A DNA stretch of 28,482 bases, taken from contig JANOGH010000273.1 of assembly GCA_031414075.1 (NCBI GenBank), forward strand, positions 1 through 28,482. Reading direction: 5' to 3'. The stretch's first letter is position 1. The number at the start of each line of letters is the position of its first letter. Below, piece after piece: positions 1 to 9,030 of this stretch. A program made the position numbers and the translations under genes. Under the pieces are notes generated by a model. It did no database searches, was not told the origin of the DNA, and saw nothing but the letters and a program-made list of their open reading frames with translations. This stretch comes from Betaproteobacteria bacterium (GTDB taxonomy: Bacteria > Pseudomonadota > Gammaproteobacteria > Burkholderiales > JACQAP01).

Positions 1-217
1 GCATGCCGTTGATGGCTTCGGAGATGAGCTTCTTGTCGTCGACCGGCTCGACATAGTCGTTCTTGATGCGACCGAATACTTCGGTGAACGCGCGCAAATC
101 CTCGATCGGCAGCGGGCCGGCGTTCTTTTGCGCCACGGCGGAAAAGTTCAGGCTGATCAGCACGCCAAGGATTGCCCCGAGGACAATCAGGCCAATCTGC
201 CGAAATTTGCTATGCAT
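1..217 (-). CDS. ctpA: S41 family carboxy-terminal processing protease, N-terminal part only (runs off the window edge)
   Basis: Not in the ORF track. Manual minus-strand translation from ATG at 217 gives MHSKFRQIGLIVLGAILGVLISLNFSAVAQKNAGPLPIEDLRAFTEVFGRIKNDYVEPVDDKKLISEAINGM. This has an N-terminal hydrophobic segment and the typical CtpA 'LRAFTEVFGRIKxDYVEPV...AINGM' block. GAGGAG RBS upstream. Follows envC as in the usual gpmA-envC-ctpA operon. Confidence 0.9.
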   Translation of the reverse strand, partial: MHSKFRQIGLIVLGAILGVLISLNFSAVAQKNAGPLPIEDLRAFTEVFGRIKNDYVEPVDDKKLISEAINGM

Positions 218-258
218 CTTCAGGACTCCTCATGCGCGCAACCCGATGGAGCGCGCTC

Positions 259-1455
259 TCATTTCAACGTTACCCAAGGGATGGGGTCGAAAGGCTTTCC
301 CTGGTACCTCAGTTCAAAGTATAAACCCGAATCAGGGTTGCCGCCGCTGTTGCCGGTTGCGGCGATCGTGTCGCCAGCCCGGGTTTCTTCGCCGACTTGC
401 CTGAGCAGCGACTCGTTATTGCCGTAAAGGCTCATATAACCGTCGCCGTGGTCAAGAATCAGCAGGTTACCGAAGCCACGCAGCCAGTCTGCGTAAACGA
501 CCCGGCCGCCCGCAACCGCCTTGACGTCCCGACCGGGTTTGGCGGAGAAAAACAAGCCCTTCCAGGACAAACCACTGTCCTGCCTTGGTCCACCGAAGCG
601 GTTCATCAGTTCCCCGACTACCGGTAACCGCAACCTGCCCTTCAATTGGCGAAACGACCCTGATCCCGTATCGGCCTTCGGCAAGCCCTGACTGGCTATG
701 CGTTTGCCGCGTTTCTTGTTCTTGCGCGCCGCTTCCTTCGCGAGCCGCTCGATCAGCTGGGAGAGCCGTTCTTCATCATGTTTGAGGGTGGAAAGCTGCT
801 TGCGGCTCTTGTCGATGTCGTCCGAAACCTTGACGTAGATGCGCTGGCGTTCCGCTTTTTCCTTCTCCAGCCGGCGCATTTGCAATGTTTCCTCGCTTTG
901 CAGCGCGTGCAGTTGCGAACTCTTGCGGCGCGATTCGTCTATCAGTTTCTCGAGGTCGGCGAGATTTTCCCTGAGGCTGGCGAGGAGCTCGGCGCGGGCT
1001 TGCGAGACGTAACTGAGGTAGTGCAACTGACGCGCGATATCGTTTGGGTCTTCGCCGTTGAGCACCAGCTTGATGGCGTCCGACTGTCCGCCGACATACT
1101 GCTGATAGAGCAGCCGGCCGAGCGTGGCCTGTTCGTCGGCGATGTTGCTTTCCACGATACGAGTTCGTGATTGCAGCGCGGACAAAGCGCTATTGACTTC
1201 GCGCCGCTGGCCGGAGATCTGATACAACTTGCGGCTGGTCTCGCTGACCGCGCGCTCCGAGTCCTTGAGCGCATCGGCTACTTCGGCTTTCGACCCCTCC
1301 GACTCGGCGAGCTGCTTCTGCAGGGCCTCGATGCGGCCGCGAATGTCTTTCAGTTCATCCTTGGGTCCGGCCTGCGCTCCGACCGAAACGGCCAGCATGA
1401 ACAGCGCCGCGACTGCAGCCAGAGATAGCGGAGGGTTGTTGCGCGCCGTTCTCAA
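259..1455 (-). CDS. envC: Murein hydrolase activator EnvC (coiled coil plus degenerate M23 domain)
   Basis: Signal peptide, long coiled coil, C-terminal M23-like region ([29 protein letters not shown]...LYFELR). TTG start overlaps the gpmA stop (TTGA). Confidence 0.92.
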   Translation of the reverse strand: MRTARNNPPLSLAAVAALFMLAVSVGAQAGPKDELKDIRGRIEALQKQLAESEGSKAEVADALKDSERAVSETSRKLYQISGQRREVNSALSALQSRTRIVESNIADEQATLGRLLYQQYVGGQSDAIKLVLNGEDPNDIARQLHYLSYVSQARAELLASLRENLADLEKLIDESRRKSSQLHALQSEETLQMRRLEKEKAERQRIYVKVSDDIDKSRKQLSTLKHDEERLSQLIERLAKEAARKNKKRGKRIASQGLPKADTGSGSFRQLKGRLRLPVVGELMNRFGGPRQDSGLSWKGLFFSAKPGRDVKAVAGGRVVYADWLRGFGNLLILDHGDGYMSLYGNNESLLRQVGEETRAGDTIAATGNSGGNPDSGLYFELRYQGKPFDPIPWVTLK

Positions 1456-2201
1456 GACTTGCCGCGCGCCTGCGCCGCCACAGCGGCCGCAGCCTGCTTT
1501 GCCTTGTCCTGGTCGCCCAGGTAGTAGTTGCGCAGCGGCCTCAGCGCATCGTCCAGCTCGTAAACCAGCGGGATGCCGGTGGGAATATTCAGCCTCACGA
1601 TGTCCTTTTCCGTTACGTTATCGAGATATTTCACCAGCGCGCGGATGGTATTGCCGTGCGCGACCACAAGCACGCGTTTGCCGGCTTTGACTTGCGGCGC
1701 GATCACATCGTTCCAGTGGGGCAGAAAGCGCGCCACCGTGTCCTTCAGGCATTCAGTGAGAGGAATATCCCCGGGTTGCATGTCGGCGTAGCGACGATCG
1801 TTTCCGGGATAGCGAGGATCGCCCGGTTCGAGCGCGGGCGGGGCCGTGTCGTAACTGCGGCGCCAGACCAGAATCTGCTCTGCGCCGTAGCGTTCGGCCG
1901 TGTCGGCCTTGTTCAGACCCTGCAGCGCGCCGTAGTGACGTTCGTTCAGCCGCCACGAAAGCTGCTGGGGGATCCAGGTGAGATCCAGTTCTTCAAGCGC
2001 AATCCACATCGTGCGGATCGCGCGCTTGAGCACCGAACCATGGGCGAGATCGAAGGTAAAGCCTTCCAGTTTCAGCAACCGGCCGGCGTCGTGGGCTTCC
2101 GCAAGACCTTTCCCCGAAAGATCGACATCGGTCCAGCCGGTGAACCGGTTTTCCTGGTTCCAGACGCTTTCGCCGTGGCGCAGCAGTACGATTTTTTTCA
2201 T
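1452..2201 (-). CDS. gpmA: 2,3-bisphosphoglycerate-dependent phosphoglycerate mutase
   Basis: [10 protein letters not shown] catalytic motif, [33 protein letters not shown]. Confidence 0.98.
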   Translation of the reverse strand: MKKIVLLRHGESVWNQENRFTGWTDVDLSGKGLAEAHDAGRLLKLEGFTFDLAHGSVLKRAIRTMWIALEELDLTWIPQQLSWRLNERHYGALQGLNKADTAERYGAEQILVWRRSYDTAPPALEPGDPRYPGNDRRYADMQPGDIPLTECLKDTVARFLPHWNDVIAPQVKAGKRVLVVAHGNTIRALVKYLDNVTEKDIVRLNIPTGIPLVYELDDALRPLRNYYLGDQDKAKQAAAAVAAQARGKS

Positions 2202-2262
2202 GGAAACATGTAATGGTCGCCGGGTTGGAGGGATGCGGGCGCTTTCGCGCCCAGCGGATAGA

Positions 2263-2291
2263 ATTGTAGTACCCGCATCGGTGAGTGTCCC
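2263..2291 (-). promoter_or_regulatory. Candidate sigma70 promoter for gpmA
   Basis: Minus strand reads GGGACA (2291-2286), 17 nt, TACAAT (2268-2263). A TAGAAT on the plus strand (2259-2264) overlaps it and may serve the divergent operon. Confidence 0.45.
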
Positions 2292-2332
2292 GCCGGCGTT
2301 GTTGGTTTCCAGCGGTCACCTTGCTCGGAACA

Positions 2333-4117
2333 ATGAAGAACTGCCACCAGGAAGGACTTGCCTCGACGATCTCGAATCTCAGTGCCCTGGATACGTGGCG
2401 CGCCAGGCTGGCTCTCGCGTTGATCGGGCTCGCCTGGGTATTGCCGTTCCAGAGCCCGAATTTTCTCGAGCCTATCTCCAGCTTCTATGGCGAAGCCGCC
2501 GCCGTCGTCCTTGGCTTCGCCGCGGTCACCTGCCTGACCGGCCGTTTTGCGTGGCCGCTTGTTCAGTTGCCCCGTTCCAGCCTGGTGTTTCTCGGCTTTG
2601 CCGCGCTGATTCTCGTACACGTCGCGCTCGGTCGCACAGTTTATCCGCAGCAGAACCTGCTGGCGATCCTCTACCTGATCTGGGCGATGGCAATTGCCGC
2701 GCTCGCGTGGCGTCTGCGGGAAATTTTCGGGTTGGAGACGCTGGCCGCGACCTTGTCATGGTTTGCCCTGGCCGGCGCGCTGACGAGTGCGGCAATCGGT
2801 CTGGTCCAGCTATGGGGGGTCTCGTCGCCGCTGCAACCTTTCATGCTGCCGCAAGTGAATGGACGCATCTTCGCCAATACCGGCCAGCCGAACCATCTGG
2901 CAAGTTATCTTTCCATGGGAATCGCATCGCTGACCTTTTTATATGGCTCCGGGCGCGTTCGTTTGCCCATCGCGCTCGCAGCGCTCGCGCCTCTGTTCTT
3001 GGTGCTGATCGCGTCCGGCTCGCGCAGTGTCTGGCTCTATCTGCCGGCCCTGCTGATTCTGGCGATGTTCCACCGCGTGCTGCGCCCGTCACCCGCCGCG
3101 TCACGCATCCTTCTGCTGAGCGTTGTGGTCTTTGCGGGACTTTTGCTGGCGCCGTGGATCGCCGGCATTCTGCTCGAGCCTTCCGGAATTTCAGTCGAGG
3201 CGATCGGCAGCCGCCTGCGCAGCCAGGGCATGTTGTCACCGGTTCGATTCCGTCTGTGGCACGAGGCCTGGCAGATGTTTTGCAATGCGCCGCTGTTCGG
3301 ACAGGGATTCCGGCAATTCCCGTGGCAGCACTTTCTGCTGAATGCGCAGTTGCCGCCGCCGCGGGCAGAGGACCTCATCAACAATAACGCGCACAACCTG
3401 CTGCTCCATACGATGGCCGAATTCGGGCTCGCCGGGGTTGCTGTGCTGGCAGCGGGATTCGCATTCTGGCTGCACGGCACAGCGCGGAATGATTTCTCGG
3501 CTGCGCTGTGGTGGGTGTTGTCGCTCGCTATGATTCTGGGCATTCACAGTATGCTAGAGTACCCGCTCTGGTATGCCTATTTCCTGGGTATCGCCGCGGT
3601 TGTGCTCGGCGCGTCTGAATCTGCTGCAACAACGATCGGCAAGCGGACCGGCGGCAGGCTGGTGCGGGGTCTGATGCTGCTGCTTGGATGGATTGCCGTT
3701 GCCAACGTCTATCAGGACTATCGCACGCTTCAGCTCCTGCATCGGGTCCCGCCGCGAGATGCCACTGGAGAGAACCATGGTCCGGCTGCGGCGCTGCTCG
3801 AATTGCAACAGCATTCACTGTTTGCACCTTTCGTGGAACTCGCGCTGGCGCGCACGATAGTGCTGAACCGCGAACAGCTCGGGAACAAGGTCATCCTCAA
3901 CGAGGCCGTCATGCATTTCGCGCCCGCGCCGGATGTCGTTTACCGGCAGGCCGTCTTGCTCGCCCTCGATGGACAGGAGGATTCTGCCAGAACCCAGTGG
4001 GATCTGGCCGTGGCGAATTATCCGGGCGAACGGGCGCGAATGCTGCAGGTGTTGGAGGCGGTGGCCTCCCGCGAGGTACTCGTTGCCGGGCTTGCAACCC
4101 ATGCAAAAAATAGATAG
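2333..4117 (+). CDS. pglL: PglL-family O-oligosaccharyltransferase (O-antigen-ligase-like; PglL_A, Wzy_C and Wzy_C_2-type regions)
   Basis: Polytopic membrane protein with FANTGQPNHLASYL (PglL_A-type motif), AHNLLLHTMAEFG (Wzy_C His motif) and HSMLEYPLWYAYF (Wzy_C_2-type). This combination separates PglL from a simple WaaL. Start is either ATG 2333 or GTG 2285. Confidence 0.82.
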   Translation: MKNCHQEGLASTISNLSALDTWRARLALALIGLAWVLPFQSPNFLEPISSFYGEAAAVVLGFAAVTCLTGRFAWPLVQLPRSSLVFLGFAALILVHVALGRTVYPQQNLLAILYLIWAMAIAALAWRLREIFGLETLAATLSWFALAGALTSAAIGLVQLWGVSSPLQPFMLPQVNGRIFANTGQPNHLASYLSMGIASLTFLYGSGRVRLPIALAALAPLFLVLIASGSRSVWLYLPALLILAMFHRVLRPSPAASRILLLSVVVFAGLLLAPWIAGILLEPSGISVEAIGSRLRSQGMLSPVRFRLWHEAWQMFCNAPLFGQGFRQFPWQHFLLNAQLPPPRAEDLINNNAHNLLLHTMAEFGLAGVAVLAAGFAFWLHGTARNDFSAALWWVLSLAMILGIHSMLEYPLWYAYFLGIAAVVLGASESAATTIGKRTGGRLVRGLMLLLGWIAVANVYQDYRTLQLLHRVPPRDATGENHGPAAALLELQQHSLFAPFVELALARTIVLNREQLGNKVILNEAVMHFAPAPDVVYRQAVLLALDGQEDSARTQWDLAVANYPGERARMLQVLEAVASREVLVAGLATHAKNR

Positions 4118-4127
4118 TTGAGGAAGC

Positions 4128-4541
4128 ATGATGAGATTCGTAATGAACAATATCTGGCTTGTGCTGGCCGCGGCCGCAAGCGGTGCCATCCTCGTATGGC
4201 CTTTGATCAATCGGCGTCTTAGCGGCGTGCCCGAAATCGGCGCGCTGGAGGTAGTACAACTGCTGAATCGCAAGAATGCGTTAATGATCGACGTGCGCGA
4301 GCCGGCGGAATTCAGTGCCGGCCATGCGCCGAACGCGAAGAATATCCCCCTGGCGCAACTCGACAAGCGCATCGGGGAACTGGAGAAATTCAAGAACCGT
4401 CCGGCGGTCGTTCTTTGTCAGACCGGCGGCCGTTCGCGTGCGGCAATCGCTCTGCTCAAGAAGGCCGGCTTTGTCGAAGTCGTCGTTCTGGCCGGCGGCA
4501 TCAACGCCTGGCAGCAGGCCAACATGCCGGTAGAGAAGTAA
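4128..4541 (+). CDS. Rhodanese-like domain protein (YibN type, N-terminal membrane anchor)
   Basis: IDVREPAEFSAGHAPNAKNIP and active-site loop VLCQTGGRS. GAGGA RBS. Standard position before grxC-secB. Confidence 0.93.
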   Translation: MMRFVMNNIWLVLAAAASGAILVWPLINRRLSGVPEIGALEVVQLLNRKNALMIDVREPAEFSAGHAPNAKNIPLAQLDKRIGELEKFKNRPAVVLCQTGGRSRAAIALLKKAGFVEVVVLAGGINAWQQANMPVEK

Positions 4542-4819
4542 TGCGGAACATCAGCATGTATTGCACGGCGGGCTGCCCCTATTGCGTGGCCGCCGAACGG
4601 TTGTTGAACAGCAAAGGTATCGCGCACATAGAGAAGATTCGCGTCGATATGCAGCCCGCGCGATACACCGAAATGATGGAACGCACCGGCAGGCGCACGG
4701 TTCCACAGATCTACATCGATGATCGGCATGTCGGTGGATTCGATGACCTTGCCGCGCTCGATGTCGCCGGCGGGCTCGATTCCCTTTTGCGCGATGAGAC
4801 GCGGAAAACCGCGGCCTGA
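4541..4819 (+). CDS. grxC: Glutaredoxin 3
   Basis: CPYC active site, TVPQIYI, GGFDDL. True start is ATG 4541, overlapping the rhodanese stop (TAATG). The ORF track over-extends it to 4415. Confidence 0.96.
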   Translation: MRNISMYCTAGCPYCVAAERLLNSKGIAHIEKIRVDMQPARYTEMMERTGRRTVPQIYIDDRHVGGFDDLAALDVAGGLDSLLRDETRKTAA

Positions 4820-4848
4820 ACCCCCACACTCCAACGAGACCAGTTCAC

Positions 4849-5313
4849 ATGAGCCAGCAGCCCAATCAGCCGGTGTTTTCGATCGAGAAACTGTTCGTAA
4901 AGGATCTCTCGGTAGAGGTGCCGAACGCACCGAGGATCTACCTCGAACGTGATACGCCGCAGGTCGAGATCCAGATGAATACCAGGGCCAGCCCGATCGA
5001 TGAGGGTTACTTCGAGGTTGTCGTGAGTGTAACGGTTACGGCCAAACTTGCAGAAAAGACCGTTTTTCTGATTGAGGCGAGTCAAGGCGGCGTGTTCCAG
5101 ATTCGCAATCTGCCGCAGGAGGAACTCGATCCGGTGCTGGGGATCACCTGCCCCAACATTCTTTATCCCTACGCGCGCGAGGTCATCTCGGATGCGGTCG
5201 TGCGCGCCGGTTTTGCGCCGGTATTGCTGAACCCGGTCAACTTCGAAGCCATATTTCAGGCGCAGCGCGAAGCGGATGCTCAAAACAAGGCTGGGGCGGG
5301 AGCGACGCATTAA
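4849..5313 (+). CDS. secB: Protein-export chaperone SecB
   Basis: FSIEKLFVKDLSVEVPNAP, CPNILYPYARE, LLNPVNFEA. Confidence 0.98.
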   Translation: MSQQPNQPVFSIEKLFVKDLSVEVPNAPRIYLERDTPQVEIQMNTRASPIDEGYFEVVVSVTVTAKLAEKTVFLIEASQGGVFQIRNLPQEELDPVLGITCPNILYPYAREVISDAVVRAGFAPVLLNPVNFEAIFQAQREADAQNKAGAGATH

Positions 5314-5323
5314 CGGGCTCAAC

Positions 5324-5767
5324 GTGATCGCCCGGCCGTGGTTTCTGGCTGTCCTTGCGGCACTGTTTGCCAGTGCAAACGCGACGGCACAGGAGTTTCG
5401 ATCCGTTACCGAACCGGCGGCAATCCTATACGACGCACCGTCGACCAAGGCGCAGAAGCTCTTCGTCCTATCCCAGGGTTACCCGGTGGAGGTTGTCGTC
5501 AAGCTCGAGGCGTGGATCAAAGTCCGCGACGATACCGGTGAGTTCGCCTGGATCGAGAAAAGTCGCCTGTCAGAACGTCATACCGTCATGGTGAAAGTGG
5601 CAGGTGCCGAGGCACGCCAGGCAGCCAATGAGAATTCCCCGGTCGTGTTCACCGCCGAAAAAAACGTTTTCCTGGAACTGGTCGATAGCGCGGTCGGCTG
5701 GGCCAAGGTGCGCCATAAGGACGGCGCCACCGGATTCGTCAAGGTTAGCCAGCTCTGGGGCCTATGA
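5324..5767 (+). CDS. Periplasmic tandem bacterial SH3-domain protein
   Basis: Signal peptide followed by two SH3b-like repeats (GYPVEVVVKLEAWIKVRD; NVFLELVDSAVGWAKVRH). GTG 5324 chosen to avoid overlap with secB. Usual position between secB and gpsA. Confidence 0.85.
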   Translation: MIARPWFLAVLAALFASANATAQEFRSVTEPAAILYDAPSTKAQKLFVLSQGYPVEVVVKLEAWIKVRDDTGEFAWIEKSRLSERHTVMVKVAGAEARQAANENSPVVFTAEKNVFLELVDSAVGWAKVRHKDGATGFVKVSQLWGL

Positions 5768-6756
5768 GGCTCGCCATTCTCGGCGCCGGGGCATGGGGCA
5801 CGTCGCTCGCCATTGCGCTGGCTCCCCGCCATCAAATCTCGTTGTGGGCCCGTGATCCGGTGCAAAGCCGGAAGCTGGCAGCCGAACGCATCAATGCACG
5901 CTATTTGCCTGATGTGGCGATACCCGAGCGCGTCCGCCTAGCAGCGGAGGTGGAATCGGCCATCGAGGATAGCGAGTTGATCATCGTCGCCGTTCCTACA
6001 TCGGCATTGCGCGAGACTTTGAGGCGGGCTGCGTCCGCCGCAGCGACAGCGGGGGTGGTCTGGCTGTGCAAGGGATTCGAAACCGGAAGTGCGAAATTTC
6101 CGCACCAGGTGGCTGAAGAAGTCCTGCCATCCGGACAGCCGCGCGCCGCCCTGTCCGGGCCGAGCTTTGCCAGCGAAGTTGCGCGCGGCTTGCCGGCCGC
6201 GGTAACGCTGGCCTCTCCCGATCCGCAGTTTGGCGCCTTGGCCTCGCGGGAACTGCACACCGGCCGGCTGCGTGTCTACTCCAGCGACGATCTTGTCGGG
6301 GTGGAGACCGCCGGAGCCGTGAAGAATGTCATCGCCATTGCTGCCGGTGTTTGCGATGGCCTGAACCTGGGTGCTTCGGCGCGCGCGGCATTGATTACGC
6401 GTGGCCTGGCGGAAATGACGAGGTTGGGCGTGCGCCTCGGCGGCCGTGCCGAGACTTTCATGGGGCTTGCCGGCGTCGGCGACCTGATGCTGACGGCAAC
6501 GTCTGATCTATCCAGAAATCGGCGGGTCGGACTGCAGCTCGCGTTGGGACGACCGCTGTCGGCGATCCTGGTAGAGCTCGGCCACGTGGCGGAAGGGGTC
6601 TACACGGCACCGGAAGTAGTGCGTATTTCGAGACGGCTTGCCGTCGACATGCCGATCACTTTGGCGGTCTCACAATTGCTCGACGGAGCAACTTCGGCCC
6701 GCGACTTGGTCGACAGCTTGTTGCAGCGCGGGCCAAAACCAGAGAGCGTGCGCTAA
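5764..6756 (+). CDS. gpsA: NAD(P)H-dependent glycerol-3-phosphate dehydrogenase
   Basis: GAGAWGT Rossmann motif, LSGPSFA, GAVKNVIAIAAG, GLAGVGDLMLT, SRNRRVG. Confidence 0.98.
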   Translation: MRLAILGAGAWGTSLAIALAPRHQISLWARDPVQSRKLAAERINARYLPDVAIPERVRLAAEVESAIEDSELIIVAVPTSALRETLRRAASAAATAGVVWLCKGFETGSAKFPHQVAEEVLPSGQPRAALSGPSFASEVARGLPAAVTLASPDPQFGALASRELHTGRLRVYSSDDLVGVETAGAVKNVIAIAAGVCDGLNLGASARAALITRGLAEMTRLGVRLGGRAETFMGLAGVGDLMLTATSDLSRNRRVGLQLALGRPLSAILVELGHVAEGVYTAPEVVRISRRLAVDMPITLAVSQLLDGATSARDLVDSLLQRGPKPESVR

Positions 6757-7217
6757 CTCGCCATGCCGGCGAAGCCGTTTTGTCGCCACCCTTCGTACAC
6801 CACCACCGCGACCGCATTAGACAGGTTGAGGCTTCTGCTTGCCGCCACCATCGGCAAGCGCAGACGAAGCTGCGGATCAAAACTTGCCAAGAGCTCTCTT
6901 GGCAGTCCCCGGGTTTCAGGCCCGAATATGAGCACGTCACCGGGCAGGTATTGGACGCTGTCGAAACGTCTCGTCGCCTTGCTGCTGAAAGCGAAGCGCC
7001 GGCCCGGCAATGCCTGCAGCAGGGCAGCCCAGTCTTCGTGGACCTGAACGGAAGCGTATTCGTGGTAATCCAGCCCGGCGCGTTTCAGTTGGCGATCGTC
7101 GAGCTGAAATCCCAGAGGCTGGATCAGGTGCAGCCTGCAACCGGTATTGGCGCAGAGCCGGATCACGTTCCCGGTATTGGGAGGAATCTCGGGCTCGAAC
7201 AGGACGATATCGAACAT
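6753..7217 (-). CDS. trmL: tRNA (cytidine/uridine-34-2'-O)-methyltransferase (SpoU family)
   Basis: IVLFEPEIPPNTGNVIRLCANTG, RAGLDYHE, FGPETRGLP, RSLNLSNAVA. ATG at 7217. Convergent 4-nt overlap with gpsA. Confidence 0.96.
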   Translation of the reverse strand: MFDIVLFEPEIPPNTGNVIRLCANTGCRLHLIQPLGFQLDDRQLKRAGLDYHEYASVQVHEDWAALLQALPGRRFAFSSKATRRFDSVQYLPGDVLIFGPETRGLPRELLASFDPQLRLRLPMVAASRSLNLSNAVAVVVYEGWRQNGFAGMAS

Positions 7218-7223
7218 TATTTG

Positions 7224-7252
7224 TTGCAATTTGGGAGACTTAGTAGTTTAAT
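7224..7252 (+). promoter_or_regulatory. Candidate sigma70 promoter for mshE-G-F
   Basis: TTGCAA (7224-7229), 17 nt, TTTAAT (7247-7252), in an AT-rich divergent spacer. Confidence 0.4.
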
Positions 7253-7326
7253 CTTGTAATTCAATGATCTGCAACTCAAACCTCAAGTTAGACGGAAAGA
7301 GACGCTTCCACACGTAAACCAGGCAG

Positions 7327-9030
7327 ATGGGCAGACCGGAAAAAATCAGGCTGGGCGAAATTCTTCTTCAGCAAAAATTGCTGACGGAGGACAAGCTCAA
7401 GACTGCGCTCGAGGAACAGAAGCGCAGCGGGCGTAAGCTCGGCCGCATTTTTATTGATGCCGGGTTTGTTACGGAAGAACAGATCGGAAGCGCGCTTGCA
7501 CGGCAATTGCAGGTTCCCTTCATCAACCTCAAGCATTTCAATATTCGCCCGGAAGTCGCAACGCGCCTGCCGGAAACCCTGGCGCGCCGCTTTCGCGCGA
7601 TCGTACTCGAGGATACGGGCGTGTTCTACCGGGTTGGCATGGCCGATCCAACAGACCTGTTTGCCTATGACGAAATCAATCGCGTCCTGAAGCGCGAGAT
7701 TCAGCTCGCGGTGGTCGGAGAATCGCTGCTGTTGCAGACGATCGACCGGGTCTATCGCCGCACCGAGGAAATCAGCGGCCTGGCGCTGGAGCTCGGAGAG
7801 GAGCTTGGCGAAACCACCGATTTCGCCGCGCTCGGATTGACGCCGGGTGCCGAAGACGCGCCGGTGGTGAAGTTGCTGCAGTCCGTGTTCGAGGACGCCG
7901 TGCAAGTGCGCGCTTCGGATATTCATATCGAGCCCCAGGAACACAAGGTGCTGATCCGTTTCCGGATCGACGGCGTGCTGCACATCCAGGCCGAAGCTGA
8001 ATCGAAGATCGCCTCTGCCCTCACCCTGCGGCTGAAACTCATGGCCGGCCTGGATATCTCGGAAAAGCGCCTGCCCCAGGACGGGCGTTTCAATGTCAAG
8101 GTCAGGAACGTTCAGATTGACGTGCGCATGTCGACCATGCCCACGCAGCATGGCGAATCCGCTGCGATGCGCTTGCTCAATCAGAGCGGCGGCTTACTGG
8201 GCCTCGAGCGCCTCGGATTGCCCAAACGCATGCTCGACCGGCTGCGCTCCGTCATCCGTCGGCCGAGCGGTATGGTGCTTGTGACGGGGCCGACCGGCAG
8301 CGGCAAAACGACCACCCTGTATGCGGCGCTCCAGGAGTTGAATACACCGGAGCGCAAAATCATCACCGTGGAAGACCCGGTGGAGTATCGCCTGCCCGGA
8401 ATCAACCAGGTGCAGATCCACGAAAAAATCGACCTGACGTTCAGCAGGGTGCTACGCACCGCGTTGCGCCAGGATCCGGATGTGATCCTGGTCGGCGAAA
8501 TGCGCGATCAGGACACGGTCGAGACCGGATTGCGAGCGGCCATGACAGGTCACATGGTGTTCTCGACGTTGCATACCAATGACGCGGTCAGTACGCCGAT
8601 CCGGCTGCTGGACATGGGCGCGCCGCGCTACATGGTTGCCATGTCGCTGCAGGTCGTGGTCGCGCAACGCCTGCTGCGGCTGGTTTGCGAAAACTGCGCC
8701 GAAGATAAGCCGCTCGATCCGGCCGAACACGAATGGATGCGAATGCAACTGGGCGGCACGGTGGAGGGCCGCAGCTTCATGAAGGGCAAGGGTTGCACCC
8801 AGTGCAACGGTACCGGTTATCTGGGCCGCACCGGTGTCTACGAAATGCTGGAAATGACCAGGCCGGTGGTGGAAGCGGCCAATCAGGCCGACCCGGCCAT
8901 ATTCATCGGTGTGGCGCGCAAACAGATGGAAGGCGAGACCCTCATGGATCACGCGGTCCAGCTTGTCGACGGCGGCCGCACGACGGTGGAAGAGGCCATG
9001 CGCATCAGCAGCCAGGCTGACGACGCATGA
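7327..9030 (+). CDS. mshE: MSHA-type pilus extension ATPase (GspE/PilB family) with N-terminal MshEN c-di-GMP-binding module
   Basis: RLGEILL...ALEEQ tandem MshEN-like motif, Walker A GPTGSGKTT, ITVEDPVE, LRQDPDVILVGE, tetracysteine CENC...CTQC. Confidence 0.93.
   Translation: MGRPEKIRLGEILLQQKLLTEDKLKTALEEQKRSGRKLGRIFIDAGFVTEEQIGSALARQLQVPFINLKHFNIRPEVATRLPETLARRFRAIVLEDTGVFYRVGMADPTDLFAYDEINRVLKREIQLAVVGESLLLQTIDRVYRRTEEISGLALELGEELGETTDFAALGLTPGAEDAPVVKLLQSVFEDAVQVRASDIHIEPQEHKVLIRFRIDGVLHIQAEAESKIASALTLRLKLMAGLDISEKRLPQDGRFNVKVRNVQIDVRMSTMPTQHGESAAMRLLNQSGGLLGLERLGLPKRMLDRLRSVIRRPSGMVLVTGPTGSGKTTTLYAALQELNTPERKIITVEDPVEYRLPGINQVQIHEKIDLTFSRVLRTALRQDPDVILVGEMRDQDTVETGLRAAMTGHMVFSTLHTNDAVSTPIRLLDMGAPRYMVAMSLQVVVAQRLLRLVCENCAEDKPLDPAEHEWMRMQLGGTVEGRSFMKGKGCTQCNGTGYLGRTGVYEMLEMTRPVVEAANQADPAIFIGVARKQMEGETLMDHAVQLVDGGRTTVEEAMRISSQADDA

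Noticed and set aside
235-257. GCGCGC...GCGCGC hairpin between envC and ctpA
   Set aside because: Short, self-complementary GC hexamer that is common by chance, with no U-tract.
1978-3387. 469-aa plus-strand ORF overlapping gpmA and pglL
   Set aside because: Arg/Ser/Pro-rich alternate frame with no recognisable domain, overlapping two well-supported genes.
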